From a virus, in IMG/VR virus record IMGVR_UViG_3300020045_005387, positions 1 through 36,734 of that record: a DNA stretch of 36,734 nucleotides; one strand, 5' to 3'. The notes beneath the pieces were generated by a model that did not search any database, was not told where the DNA came from, and saw only the letters and a program-made list of their open reading frames with translations. The position numbers and the translations under genes are program-made. Positions 18,954 through 25,726 of the stretch are shown piece after piece. Within the stretch, counting starts at the first letter, position 1, and each line of letters begins with the position of its first letter.

Positions 18954-19199
18954 ATGATAAAAATTAAACCTACAATGGCAGGATTCCCACAAGTGGAATG
19001 CACCGAATTATTAATTACACCAATAATTAACAGCACAACCGATAAAAGCTGCAACACTTATTGGGAGTTAAGAACAGACAAACAAATTATCGCAAGCGGT
19101 AATTGTGCGATATCAGAGGAGGAATATGCGCTTTGGGATGCAACAAATGAAAGTTTGGAAAACATAGTATTAAACAAATTAAAATTAAATAGATTATGA
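18954..19199 (+). CDS. Hypothetical protein (81 aa)
   Basis: ORF track. Confidence 0.55.
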   Translation: MIKIKPTMAGFPQVECTELLITPIINSTTDKSCNTYWELRTDKQIIASGNCAISEEEYALWDATNESLENIVLNKLKLNRL

Positions 19200-19444
19200 A
19201 AACATCAAAATTTTTAAGCTTAAACGTTAGGGATATTTTAAAGGGGTTGCTAGTCGCAATCTTATCACCTGTATTTGTAATTATTCAACAATCTTTGGAA
19301 AATGGTATATTTACATTTGACTGGAAAATGATAGGACTGGCAGCTTTAGGTGGTGGATTAGCTTACATTACAAAAAACTTTTTTACTAAATCAGAAGAAG
19401 AAGTTCAATCAATAGGTACTCCAAATGTTCCTAAAAAAGGCTAA
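19196..19444 (+). CDS. Holin-like membrane protein (two TM segments, charged C-terminus)
   Basis: GLLVAILSPVFVIIQ and MIGLAALGGGLAYI, followed by the tail KSEEEVQS...PKKG. It lies upstream of the endolysin. Confidence 0.45.
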   Translation: MKTSKFLSLNVRDILKGLLVAILSPVFVIIQQSLENGIFTFDWKMIGLAALGGGLAYITKNFFTKSEEEVQSIGTPNVPKKG

Positions 19445-19751
19445 TAAATTAATAACTTATACTCCCATGCTTATCGTTTGGGAGTATATTTTTTTATTTA
19501 TAGTAAAAGATACGGATTGGTATGCTGATAATGCGCTATTATTAGATTCTATTGATAATTGGATAGTAGGTTTCGCGTTAATTCACTTTCTTGCTTTTAT
19601 TGAATTGTACAGCAAATTACAAATTTTATACTTTTTTTGTATTTTCTTAATCGTTCAATTGCAATTAGCTTATTATTTTATACCTCAAAATATTTATTAT
19701 TTACTATATTTGTTTATATTATCAGCCCCAATAATACGCACATTTATTTAA
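19425..19751 (+). CDS. Multi-pass membrane protein in the lysis cassette
   Basis: About three hydrophobic segments. ATG 19467 is an alternative start. Confidence 0.45.
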   Translation: MFLKKANKLITYTPMLIVWEYIFLFIVKDTDWYADNALLLDSIDNWIVGFALIHFLAFIELYSKLQILYFFCIFLIVQLQLAYYFIPQNIYYLLYLFILSAPIIRTFI

Positions 19752-19753
19752 TT

Positions 19754-20053
19754 ATGGAAGAAAACAAACTCATCATGGAAAAAGTAGACAGATTAGAGCA
19801 TCATTTTCGAGTTTACAAAGAAGATATGACCGATGTTAAGGATTCTATTAAGGATTTAAAGACAGCGATAATCGGCAATAATATTAACGGAAATAAAGGT
19901 TTTCTTCACCTGATAAACGAAATTGATAAAAAAGTCCAAACTTTGAGTGATGAAAATTTACTCCTAAAAGAAGATATGAAAACTGTTAAATGGGTAACGA
20001 GAGGTTTCATGACAGGATTAATAGGCTTTGTATTTTGGCTTTTTCAAAAATAA
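19754..20053 (+). CDS. Coiled-coil protein with a C-terminal TM anchor (XhlA-like architecture)
   Basis: MEENKLIMEKVDRLEHH...WVTRGFMTGLIGFVFWLFQK. ATG 19754 is preferred over the upstream extension that overlaps the previous gene. Confidence 0.45.
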   Translation: MEENKLIMEKVDRLEHHFRVYKEDMTDVKDSIKDLKTAIIGNNINGNKGFLHLINEIDKKVQTLSDENLLLKEDMKTVKWVTRGFMTGLIGFVFWLFQK

Positions 20054-20059
20054 TTAATT

Positions 20060-20509
20060 ATGAAATTAGACAATCACGGATATAAATTAATAACAGATTT
20101 TGAAGGGCTTTATTTAAAGCCTTACTTGTGCCCTGCTAAAATACCTACAATTGGATTTGGCAATACTTACTATCCTGACGGCACCAAGGTAAAAATGACG
20201 GATAAACAAATTACAGAAAAGCAAGCTTTTGAGATGTTCAAAGTGATAGCCGACAAATATGCTGTTAATGTTTCAAAATATATTAAAAAACCAATTACTC
20301 AAAATCAATTTAATGCTTTAGTTTCTTTTGCTTATAACGTTGGTATGGGTAACTTTTCAAAAAGCACTTTATTATTAAAAGTAAACAATGACCCTAACGA
20401 CGTTACTATCTCAAAAGAGTTTATGAAATGGAATAAGGCAGGAGGAAAAGTACTAAAAGGACTCACGAATAGAAGGAATTACGAAGCTAATATATATTTT
20501 ACTAAATAA
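20060..20509 (+). CDS. Endolysin, GH24 lysozyme
   Basis: The catalytic motif E-8aa-C-5aa-T (FEGLYLKPYLCPAKIPTIGFGNT) and NQFNALVSFAYNVG. Confidence 0.92.
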   Translation: MKLDNHGYKLITDFEGLYLKPYLCPAKIPTIGFGNTYYPDGTKVKMTDKQITEKQAFEMFKVIADKYAVNVSKYIKKPITQNQFNALVSFAYNVGMGNFSKSTLLLKVNNDPNDVTISKEFMKWNKAGGKVLKGLTNRRNYEANIYFTK

Positions 20510-20515
20510 AACAAC

Positions 20516-20818
20516 ATGATACCAACTTGGAACTTAAAACAACATATAAGAGGCAATACCTTAAACGCTAAAAATATTACTTTTCCTTTTGATGTTTCCG
20601 ATTGTAAAATTGAACTTCAATTTAGATTAGGCGTAAGTAGTGTAATTTTTTTCTGGTCTACAGAAAACAACACTTTTGAAAGGACTAGCGATTTTATTAT
20701 AAAAATGAAAAGCCGATTGTTAGACCAAAAACAAGGTAATTACTCTGCTTTTTTAAAAGTAACATTTCCAGACGGGACAGTTGAAACTTATTTAAAAGCT
20801 AATTTACAAATAATATGA
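20516..20818 (+). CDS. Hypothetical protein (100 aa)
   Basis: ORF track. Confidence 0.55.
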   Translation: MIPTWNLKQHIRGNTLNAKNITFPFDVSDCKIELQFRLGVSSVIFFWSTENNTFERTSDFIIKMKSRLLDQKQGNYSAFLKVTFPDGTVETYLKANLQII

Positions 20819-21057
20819 GCATAATAATTCAAGAAACTATATTAAGTCCTATTTTGCAAATTACAGACGATTCAAATGAGGTTGTTATTTCAATTGATGA
20901 AGTTATAAATAATATAGATTTGCAGGTACAGGATGTTGCTATTCCGGGACAAACAGGAAAATCGTTTTATTCTTTAGCAGTACAGGCAGGATTCAGAGGG
21001 ACACCTCAAGAATATTTAGAGACACAGAAAAACATAGACGGAGGATTAATCTATTAA
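20815..21057 (+). CDS. Hypothetical protein (80 aa)
   Basis: ORF track, with an overlapping start. Confidence 0.55.
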   Translation: MSIIIQETILSPILQITDDSNEVVISIDEVINNIDLQVQDVAIPGQTGKSFYSLAVQAGFRGTPQEYLETQKNIDGGLIY

Positions 21058-21069
21058 CATAAAAAATCA

Positions 21070-21513
21070 ATGGCAAATCAAATTTTAATCAAAGGTAAAA
21101 CAACTACAGGAGCGCCAAGTTTAGCGCAATTAAACATCAGAGAGATGTGTTTTGTTATTCCAGACAACGCATTTTATATTAAAAAAGATGCTGGCACAAT
21201 TGTCGGACCATTTGTGGTAGGTGGTGCAAGCGGGGATATGCTTAAAAGTATTTACGATACTGGAAATTTAGGCAGGGTAGACACCGCAAGTAACGCTTTA
21301 CAATTGGGAGGCGTGGCAGCTGCGAGTTACGCTACAAATGCGTCAGTTACATCAGCAATTAATGCTTTAATCAATTCAGCTCCTGGAGCGTTAGACACTT
21401 TGAATGAATTGGCTACAGCTTTAGGAAACGATCCAAGTTTTGCAAGTACAATAACAGCGGCTTTGGCTGCTAAATTAGATGCCAACTCAATAATAGACGG
21501 AGGTATATTTTAA
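21070..21513 (+). CDS. Tail-fibre-like protein (147 aa)
   Basis: Carries the widespread fibre motif SAPGALDTLNELATALGNDPSFAS. Its N-terminus resembles that of 21517..22146. Confidence 0.6.
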   Translation: MANQILIKGKTTTGAPSLAQLNIREMCFVIPDNAFYIKKDAGTIVGPFVVGGASGDMLKSIYDTGNLGRVDTASNALQLGGVAAASYATNASVTSAINALINSAPGALDTLNELATALGNDPSFASTITAALAAKLDANSIIDGGIF

Positions 21514-21516
21514 ATT

Positions 21517-22146
21517 ATGGCAAACATTGTCAAAATAAAAAATAGTGTAGATACAGGGGTAACACCTGCTGATTTAGTGCGTGGCGAAATAGCTATTAAT
21601 ATTAAAGATAAAAAGCTTTTTTATTTAGACGAATTAGATGCTTTGCAGACATTTGATTTAGTTCCAACAGTTGGGGCAATACAAAGAACTGTTTTATCTT
21701 TAGCTAGCAATTTTTCGTCTACATCTACAACAAGGGCAAATGTAACAGGAATGAGTTTTGCGGTAACTGCTGGCAAAAAATACTTAATAAATATATTAGG
21801 AGACCAACAAACAGCAGCCACAGCAACTGGGGGAAGTATAGGTTTTATTTTGTCTTCTGGAACTGGTAATATTAAAGGATTTGTAACTATGGCTATAGGT
21901 CAATCAGCAGCCGCAACAGACCAGACTATTACAATTAGAGCTATAAATTCTACAAATACAACAGCAGGTAGTTTTATAACTTCTACAGGAGTTTCTACAA
22001 TTAATTCACCTCATTATTTTTACGGAGAATTGATTTTTGAATGTATCACAAGTGGAGTCTTTCAAATGCAATACGCTACTGAAGTAGCTTCAAGTGCAGC
22101 TCAAATAAACGCAGGAAGTACCATGATAATTGAAACACTTAATTAA
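21517..22146 (+). CDS. Tail-fibre-like protein (209 aa) with a distinct C-terminal domain
   Basis: The N-terminus MANIVKIKNSVDTGVTPADLVRGEIAINIKDKKLFY parallels MANQILIKGKTTTGAPSLAQLNIREMCFVIPDNAFY. Confidence 0.5.
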   Translation: MANIVKIKNSVDTGVTPADLVRGEIAINIKDKKLFYLDELDALQTFDLVPTVGAIQRTVLSLASNFSSTSTTRANVTGMSFAVTAGKKYLINILGDQQTAATATGGSIGFILSSGTGNIKGFVTMAIGQSAAATDQTITIRAINSTNTTAGSFITSTGVSTINSPHYFYGELIFECITSGVFQMQYATEVASSAAQINAGSTMIIETLN

Positions 22147-22152
22147 AATAAA

Positions 22153-22344
22153 ATGGACCTCAAATACCTAATTCTATCAAATGCAGAGTGTATACGTGAA
22201 CAATTCGACACGGAAGAAGCGTTTATTGATTATTTAGGCATGGAATTTGTAGACTTACCATTATTACTAACAAAGTTTCTGGAAGCAGAAATGTATCATG
22301 AATGTGCAATAATTAAAAATTTAATAGATGAAAAAATTATTTAA
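22153..22344 (+). CDS. Hypothetical protein (63 aa), last gene of the late operon
   Basis: ORF track. Followed by a terminator. Confidence 0.55.
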   Translation: MDLKYLILSNAECIREQFDTEEAFIDYLGMEFVDLPLLLTKFLEAEMYHECAIIKNLIDEKII

Positions 22345-22397
22345 CTGGATTTCTTGGAAATTATATGAAGGGAAAAAATTAACACCTGCAGAATTTT

Positions 22398-22425
22398 AAA
22401 CCACTTTAATTAGTGGTTTTTTTAT
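22398..22425 (+). terminator. Rho-independent terminator ending the late operon
   Basis: aaaccact-ttaatt-agtggttt followed by tttttt. Confidence 0.8.
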
Positions 22426-22435
22426 ACTTACAAGT

Positions 22436-22496
22436 GTTAAATATATGTTAAAATGAAATAAAATAGTTTCTAATTATTATATGTTTTGTATATTTG
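22436..22496 (+). promoter_or_regulatory. Promoter module P1: tandem GTTAAA repeats plus the -7 box TATATTTG
   Basis: GTTAAA at 22436 and GTTAAAA at 22447 (11-bp phasing). TATATTTG at 22489 is exactly 42 bp after the second repeat. Confidence 0.65.
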
Positions 22497-22532
22497 AACT
22501 CAGATAAATTTTAATAGATAAAATAAACAAAA

Positions 22533-22739
22533 ATGAATAGTATAGTATTTGTATATTTTAAAGACGGAAAAATAAAAACCCTTGATGTTGAACATGGGAA
22601 ACCTGACCACGAAAAAATGATAAATGATGGTTGGAAACATACATCAACTGTAAATGCAAGTGTTTTTATAGAACAATTATTTAACGATGTACCCGATTGC
22701 GAGCTAAGGAAATCAATTCAGTCGTTAGTAATAATTTAG
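22533..22739 (+). CDS. Hypothetical protein (68 aa), first ORF of the cassette-like array
   Basis: ORF track. Confidence 0.6.
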   Translation: MNSIVFVYFKDGKIKTLDVEHGKPDHEKMINDGWKHTSTVNASVFIEQLFNDVPDCELRKSIQSLVII

Positions 22740-22749
22740 CAATTAGCGG

Positions 22750-22876
22750 TAACGTTTTGCGCATATATGATGTTGCGTAAAAATAAAACCGAATTTCCGA
22801 TTAATCACAGATTAAAACAAATACAAACCAATTTATAAATTGAGCCTAATCTAGCAATAGCATATATGCGCTGTTA
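22750..22876 (+). repeat. attC-like structured element A (127 nt)
   Basis: TAACG 22750, then arm GCGCATATATG 22759-22769 pairing with CATATATGCGC 22861-22871, TTGC/GCAA, and TGTTA 22872-22876. Confidence 0.75.
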
Positions 22877-22911
22877 GGGTGCGTAGTGGATAATTGAAAC
22901 AAAAATAACTT

Positions 22912-23184
22912 ATGGAAACATTTAATATTGATAATGAAATTTTATCAAAACTAAACGGTGTTAAAAATGAATGCTCTGATTATTTGGAAGAATTGAGAAA
23001 AAGAAAAACAATTATTCTAAACTTAAATAATGAAGAGAACAATTCTAAATCAGCCCTAGAGTTTAAAGAATGGAAAATTAAAAACTATAAAGAAATGGTT
23101 AAAAAAAGTGACGATAATTTATTTTCACGAAAAGGAGATCTTATTTTGCAACTAGAAGAATTATTAACTGATTTAAAAAAATAG
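22912..23184 (+). CDS. Hypothetical coiled-coil protein (90 aa)
   Basis: ORF track. Confidence 0.6.
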   Translation: METFNIDNEILSKLNGVKNECSDYLEELRKRKTIILNLNNEENNSKSALEFKEWKIKNYKEMVKKSDDNLFSRKGDLILQLEELLTDLKK

Positions 23185-23189
23185 AAATT

Positions 23190-23528
23190 ATGGGATGTTA
23201 TATTTATATTAACGAAAATGAACAAAAAAGCAAAAGAACTGTAGAAGACAAGGAATTGAATGAATTGCTTCAAGAAGCTCTTAAATACGATAAAACTATA
23301 ATGCTTTCGTCTTATTCTATTTATGAAAAGAAATCTTTATTTGACAAGAAAAAAGCAATTGTACATTACTCTTTATATCACGAGATTTTCAACAATAAAG
23401 GCGAATCTATGATGGAGGCAAGACAACAAATTTCAGGAAGTGGTAAAAAAGAGATTGTGTCTGCTTATTTATACGGAATTATTAACGGTGCAAATGTTGA
23501 TAAATTATCTTATGAAAACGAAATGTAG
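23190..23528 (+). CDS. Hypothetical protein (112 aa)
   Basis: ORF track. Confidence 0.6.
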   Translation: MGCYIYINENEQKSKRTVEDKELNELLQEALKYDKTIMLSSYSIYEKKSLFDKKKAIVHYSLYHEIFNNKGESMMEARQQISGSGKKEIVSAYLYGIINGANVDKLSYENEM

Positions 23529-23532
23529 CTGT

Positions 23533-23547
23533 TGTTATGCCTAGTAC
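23533..23547 (+). repeat. Orphan 3' half-site B (TGTTATGCCTAGTAC) with no convincing paired stem upstream
   Basis: It has the same TGTTA core and downstream TAGTACGG motif as the full elements. It is complementary to the 5' flank of element C. Confidence 0.55.
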
Positions 23548-23585
23548 GGAAAAAGTAAATATTAACTAAATAAATTATAAACAAA

Positions 23586-23861
23586 ATGAATGTATCAAAA
23601 GAAGTAGCTGGTTTACGTAAAATTTATGATAAACTACAAGCAAAGCTCGAAAAAGAACAAATAAGATTAGACCAGAGAGATCAATATTACGGTGAACGTT
23701 CTGAAAAATGGCAAGAAAGCAAAAAAGGATTAGACTATGAAGCTGATTCAAGTATTTTAGGAAATGATTTAGAAAACTTTGAACAGGAATTATCTAATCT
23801 TGATGACGTAATTACTGAAATTGCATCAATAGGAGAAAGTTCTTTTGATTCAATTTCGTAG
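23586..23861 (+). CDS. Hypothetical acidic coiled-coil protein (91 aa)
   Basis: ORF track. Confidence 0.6.
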   Translation: MNVSKEVAGLRKIYDKLQAKLEKEQIRLDQRDQYYGERSEKWQESKKGLDYEADSSILGNDLENFEQELSNLDDVITEIASIGESSFDSIS

Positions 23862-23870
23862 TATTAGGCA

Positions 23871-23996
23871 TAACGGTTCGCTAGTATGAAACGGGATGGA
23901 TTAGCAATCCTAGACCATCCCAAAGCGGAATCAAACCAAATACACACCAGTAATCAAATTAATCACCAATACCGTACTGTTTTATACTAGCTGTTA
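23871..23996 (+). repeat. attC-like structured element C (126 nt)
   Basis: TAACG 23871, then arm GCTAGTATGAAAC 23880-23892 pairing with GTTTTATACTAGC 23979-23991 (one G-T), and TGTTA 23992-23996. An inner hairpin is formed by gggatgg and ccatccc. Confidence 0.75.
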
Positions 23997-24030
23997 TAAG
24001 AAGTACGGATAATTAAATAAAAACGAAATT

Positions 24031-24231
24031 ATGGAAAGAGAAAATTATTTACTAAGCAAAATACCTAAAGGATTAGATTATGATTCTAAATACGGAGATA
24101 ATTTTAATAAATACGCTAGATATATGGGTAATGGTGTTTATTCTTGGAAAGGAATACACGCAACAGACACAAGAATATTGTTTTTAACAGGAGTTCTAAT
24201 TAGCGAAAAAGTTCATTTTAAGCAGGAATAG
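24031..24231 (+). CDS. Hypothetical protein (66 aa)
   Basis: ORF track. Confidence 0.6.
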   Translation: MERENYLLSKIPKGLDYDSKYGDNFNKYARYMGNGVYSWKGIHATDTRILFLTGVLISEKVHFKQE

Positions 24232-24242
24232 AGTATTACTTA

Positions 24243-24326
24243 TAACGGTTGCGCTTGGTGCAGGTTGCTAGCAGGGATTTGAACCGAAGAACAAAAGTTG
24301 TGGCAACTTGCTCCAAACGCTTGTTA
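24243..24326 (+). repeat. attC-like structured element D (84 nt)
   Basis: TAACG 24243, then arm 24251-24268 pairing with 24303-24320 (16 of 18 positions, including one G-T), and TGTTA 24322-24326. Confidence 0.75.
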
Positions 24327-24361
24327 GGGATATACCACGAATTACTAATCAATTAAAAATT

Positions 24362-24718
24362 ATGAAAATGAATAGAGTAATAAAATTCAGAGCATTTGAT
24401 AAATTAAACAATAAAATGTTTTTTTGGGAATTACCAAATTTTGATAGCAAACACGCATCACATTATGACAATTTGACGCAATTTACTGGCTTGGTTGATA
24501 GAAATGGAGTTGATATTTATGAAGGGGATATTTTGTGGAGATATGAATCTACTGGAGCAAAAATAAAATCATTTTGTGAAATTATTTATGATAAAGATAG
24601 ATTTATACCCAAGTGGATAACTATATCTTGGTTTAATGATTATCTAAGAAATCACGCAAAACACCTAAGTGTAATAGGTAATATTTATCAAAACCCTGAA
24701 TTATTATCCACAAACTAG
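24362..24718 (+). CDS. YopX family protein
   Basis: KFRAFDKLNNKMF...LTQFTGLVDRNGVDIYEGDIL...VIGNIYQNPELL. ATG 24362 is preferred, because the track start at 24308 lies inside element D. Confidence 0.85.
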   Translation: MKMNRVIKFRAFDKLNNKMFFWELPNFDSKHASHYDNLTQFTGLVDRNGVDIYEGDILWRYESTGAKIKSFCEIIYDKDRFIPKWITISWFNDYLRNHAKHLSVIGNIYQNPELLSTN

Positions 24719-24729
24719 GCGGTTATCCC

Positions 24730-24857
24730 TAACGGATGGTGCTTGTCTCAGTGGCTAAAATTCAAGACCCAAGCACAACCGATAAATCCTAATTAATCCC
24801 GCCAGCGGTTTTTCCGAAGGAAAAAACGATACAAGCCATTGATACAAGCACGTGTTA
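24730..24857 (+). repeat. attC-like structured element E (128 nt)
   Basis: TAACG 24730, then arm 24740-24756 pairing with 24834-24850 (16 of 17 positions, including one G-T), and TGTTA 24853-24857. An inner hairpin is tttttcc-gaa-ggaaaaa. Confidence 0.75.
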
Positions 24858-24903
24858 CCATCATACCACGTAACATATTTTTTAACTAATTAAATTATAA
24901 AAA

Positions 24904-25326
24904 ATGAAATTAAAGATTAAAAAAGAAGTTGAAGTAGAAATAAAAACACTTCACGTAAGAGCAGGAGTAAGATATTGGGAAGATGCAACAGTTGACGGAA
25001 TTGAAGACAATGACGGAAAATTAATTCCTTGCAGAGTTATCGATGAAGAAGATTGGCTTCCTGTAATAGAAATCGAAACGGGTAAAATTATCAACTGGAA
25101 ACAAGGAGTTACTGCTGATATTCATTATAAAGTTTGCGATGATGGAGATTATTATTTACTCGATGAAAATGACGACGAAGTGGTGCATTTAAACGGATAT
25201 GTTCCAAAAACTTTATGTCCTGAAGAAAATGGATATGGTGATTATATCATTATGAAAGTTGATGCAGAAGGACAAATTAATAATTGGAAATTTAACCTTT
25301 CAGATTTTACTGAAGACGAAGATTAA
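24904..25326 (+). CDS. Strongly acidic hypothetical protein (140 aa)
   Basis: ORF track. Asp/Glu-rich throughout and ends in TEDED. Confidence 0.65.
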   Translation: MKLKIKKEVEVEIKTLHVRAGVRYWEDATVDGIEDNDGKLIPCRVIDEEDWLPVIEIETGKIINWKQGVTADIHYKVCDDGDYYLLDENDDEVVHLNGYVPKTLCPEENGYGDYIIMKVDAEGQINNWKFNLSDFTEDED

Positions 25327-25348
25327 CCGCAATATTGGCGGTTGATGG

Positions 25349-25474
25349 TAACGTTATCAGGCTTGCAGAAGTGGCAAAAAAGCAAGCCTTAATTTTCGAT
25401 TTTACCAAAACATTATAGACACAAAAACAACTTTAAATTAAACCTGAACTTGCCATTTTTGCAAACCTGTGTTA
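25349..25474 (+). repeat. attC-like structured element F (126 nt)
   Basis: TAACG 25349, then arm 25359-25377 pairing with 25450-25468 (18 of 19 positions, including two G-T), and TGTTA 25470-25474. Confidence 0.75.
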
Positions 25475-25507
25475 GCATTAGTGCGGTTCTTTAAAACTGA
25501 ATTTATT

Positions 25508-25723
25508 ATGAGTGAAGAATTTATTAAAGAAGCTAAAAACTTCAAAAAACAAATGAAATGGTGTGCAATAATTTCTTGGTTCGCAACAGCCTTTTTAACA
25601 TATAAAGCATCTGATAAAATTGATGATTGGGGAATTATAATATTTGGAGCAATTGTTTTTACAATTATTTATTTCAATATGAGTAAAAATATAAGTTCTT
25701 ATGAAAACCAATCGCAGCATTGA
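25508..25723 (+). CDS. Small membrane protein (71 aa, two TM segments)
   Basis: MSEEFIKEAKNFKKQMKWCAIISWFATAFL...GIIIFGAIVFTIIYF. ATG 25508 is preferred, because the track start at 25469 lies inside element F. Confidence 0.6.
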   Translation: MSEEFIKEAKNFKKQMKWCAIISWFATAFLTYKASDKIDDWGIIIFGAIVFTIIYFNMSKNISSYENQSQH

Positions 25724-25726
25724 TGC

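Noticed and set aside
20391-20398. ACCCTAAC inside the endolysin gene as the missing partner for the flank of element A's core (GTTAGGGT)
   Set aside because: It is a single 8-mer in coding sequence about 2.5 kb upstream, on the wrong side of A, with no adjacent stem. It is compatible with chance.
23483-23537. A short (55-nt) complete element at B, using TAACG at 23483 and TGTTA at 23533
   Set aside because: Hand folding gives only a 4-bp internal hairpin (gata/tatc) and no arm pairing. I treat it as an orphan 3' half-site instead.
24272-24284. A tRNA or T-arm remnant: GGGATTTGAACC inside element D is the reverse complement of a GGTTCAAATCCC T-loop, with ...CACCA nearby on the minus strand
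   Set aside because: I could not build a 5-bp T stem, acceptor stem or anticodon arm around it on either strand. I saw no tRNA-like cloverleaf elsewhere.
24308-24361. N-terminal extensions of track ORFs: 962, 13049, 19637, 24308, 25469, 26727, 29632, 30277, 31431, 33902 and 35091
   Set aside because: Each extension starts at a non-ATG codon, or overlaps a structured element, promoter module, iteron field or the preceding gene. An internal ATG restores tight, non-overlapping packing in every case.
24721-24810. A self-cleaving ribozyme (twister-like), suggested in element E by CCCTAAC, GACCCAAGCAC, ATAAATCC and CCCGCC
   Set aside because: The resemblance is limited to short words in one element. 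The other elements lack them, and I cannot reconstruct the twister pseudoknots. A covariance-model scan (Rfam) would be needed.
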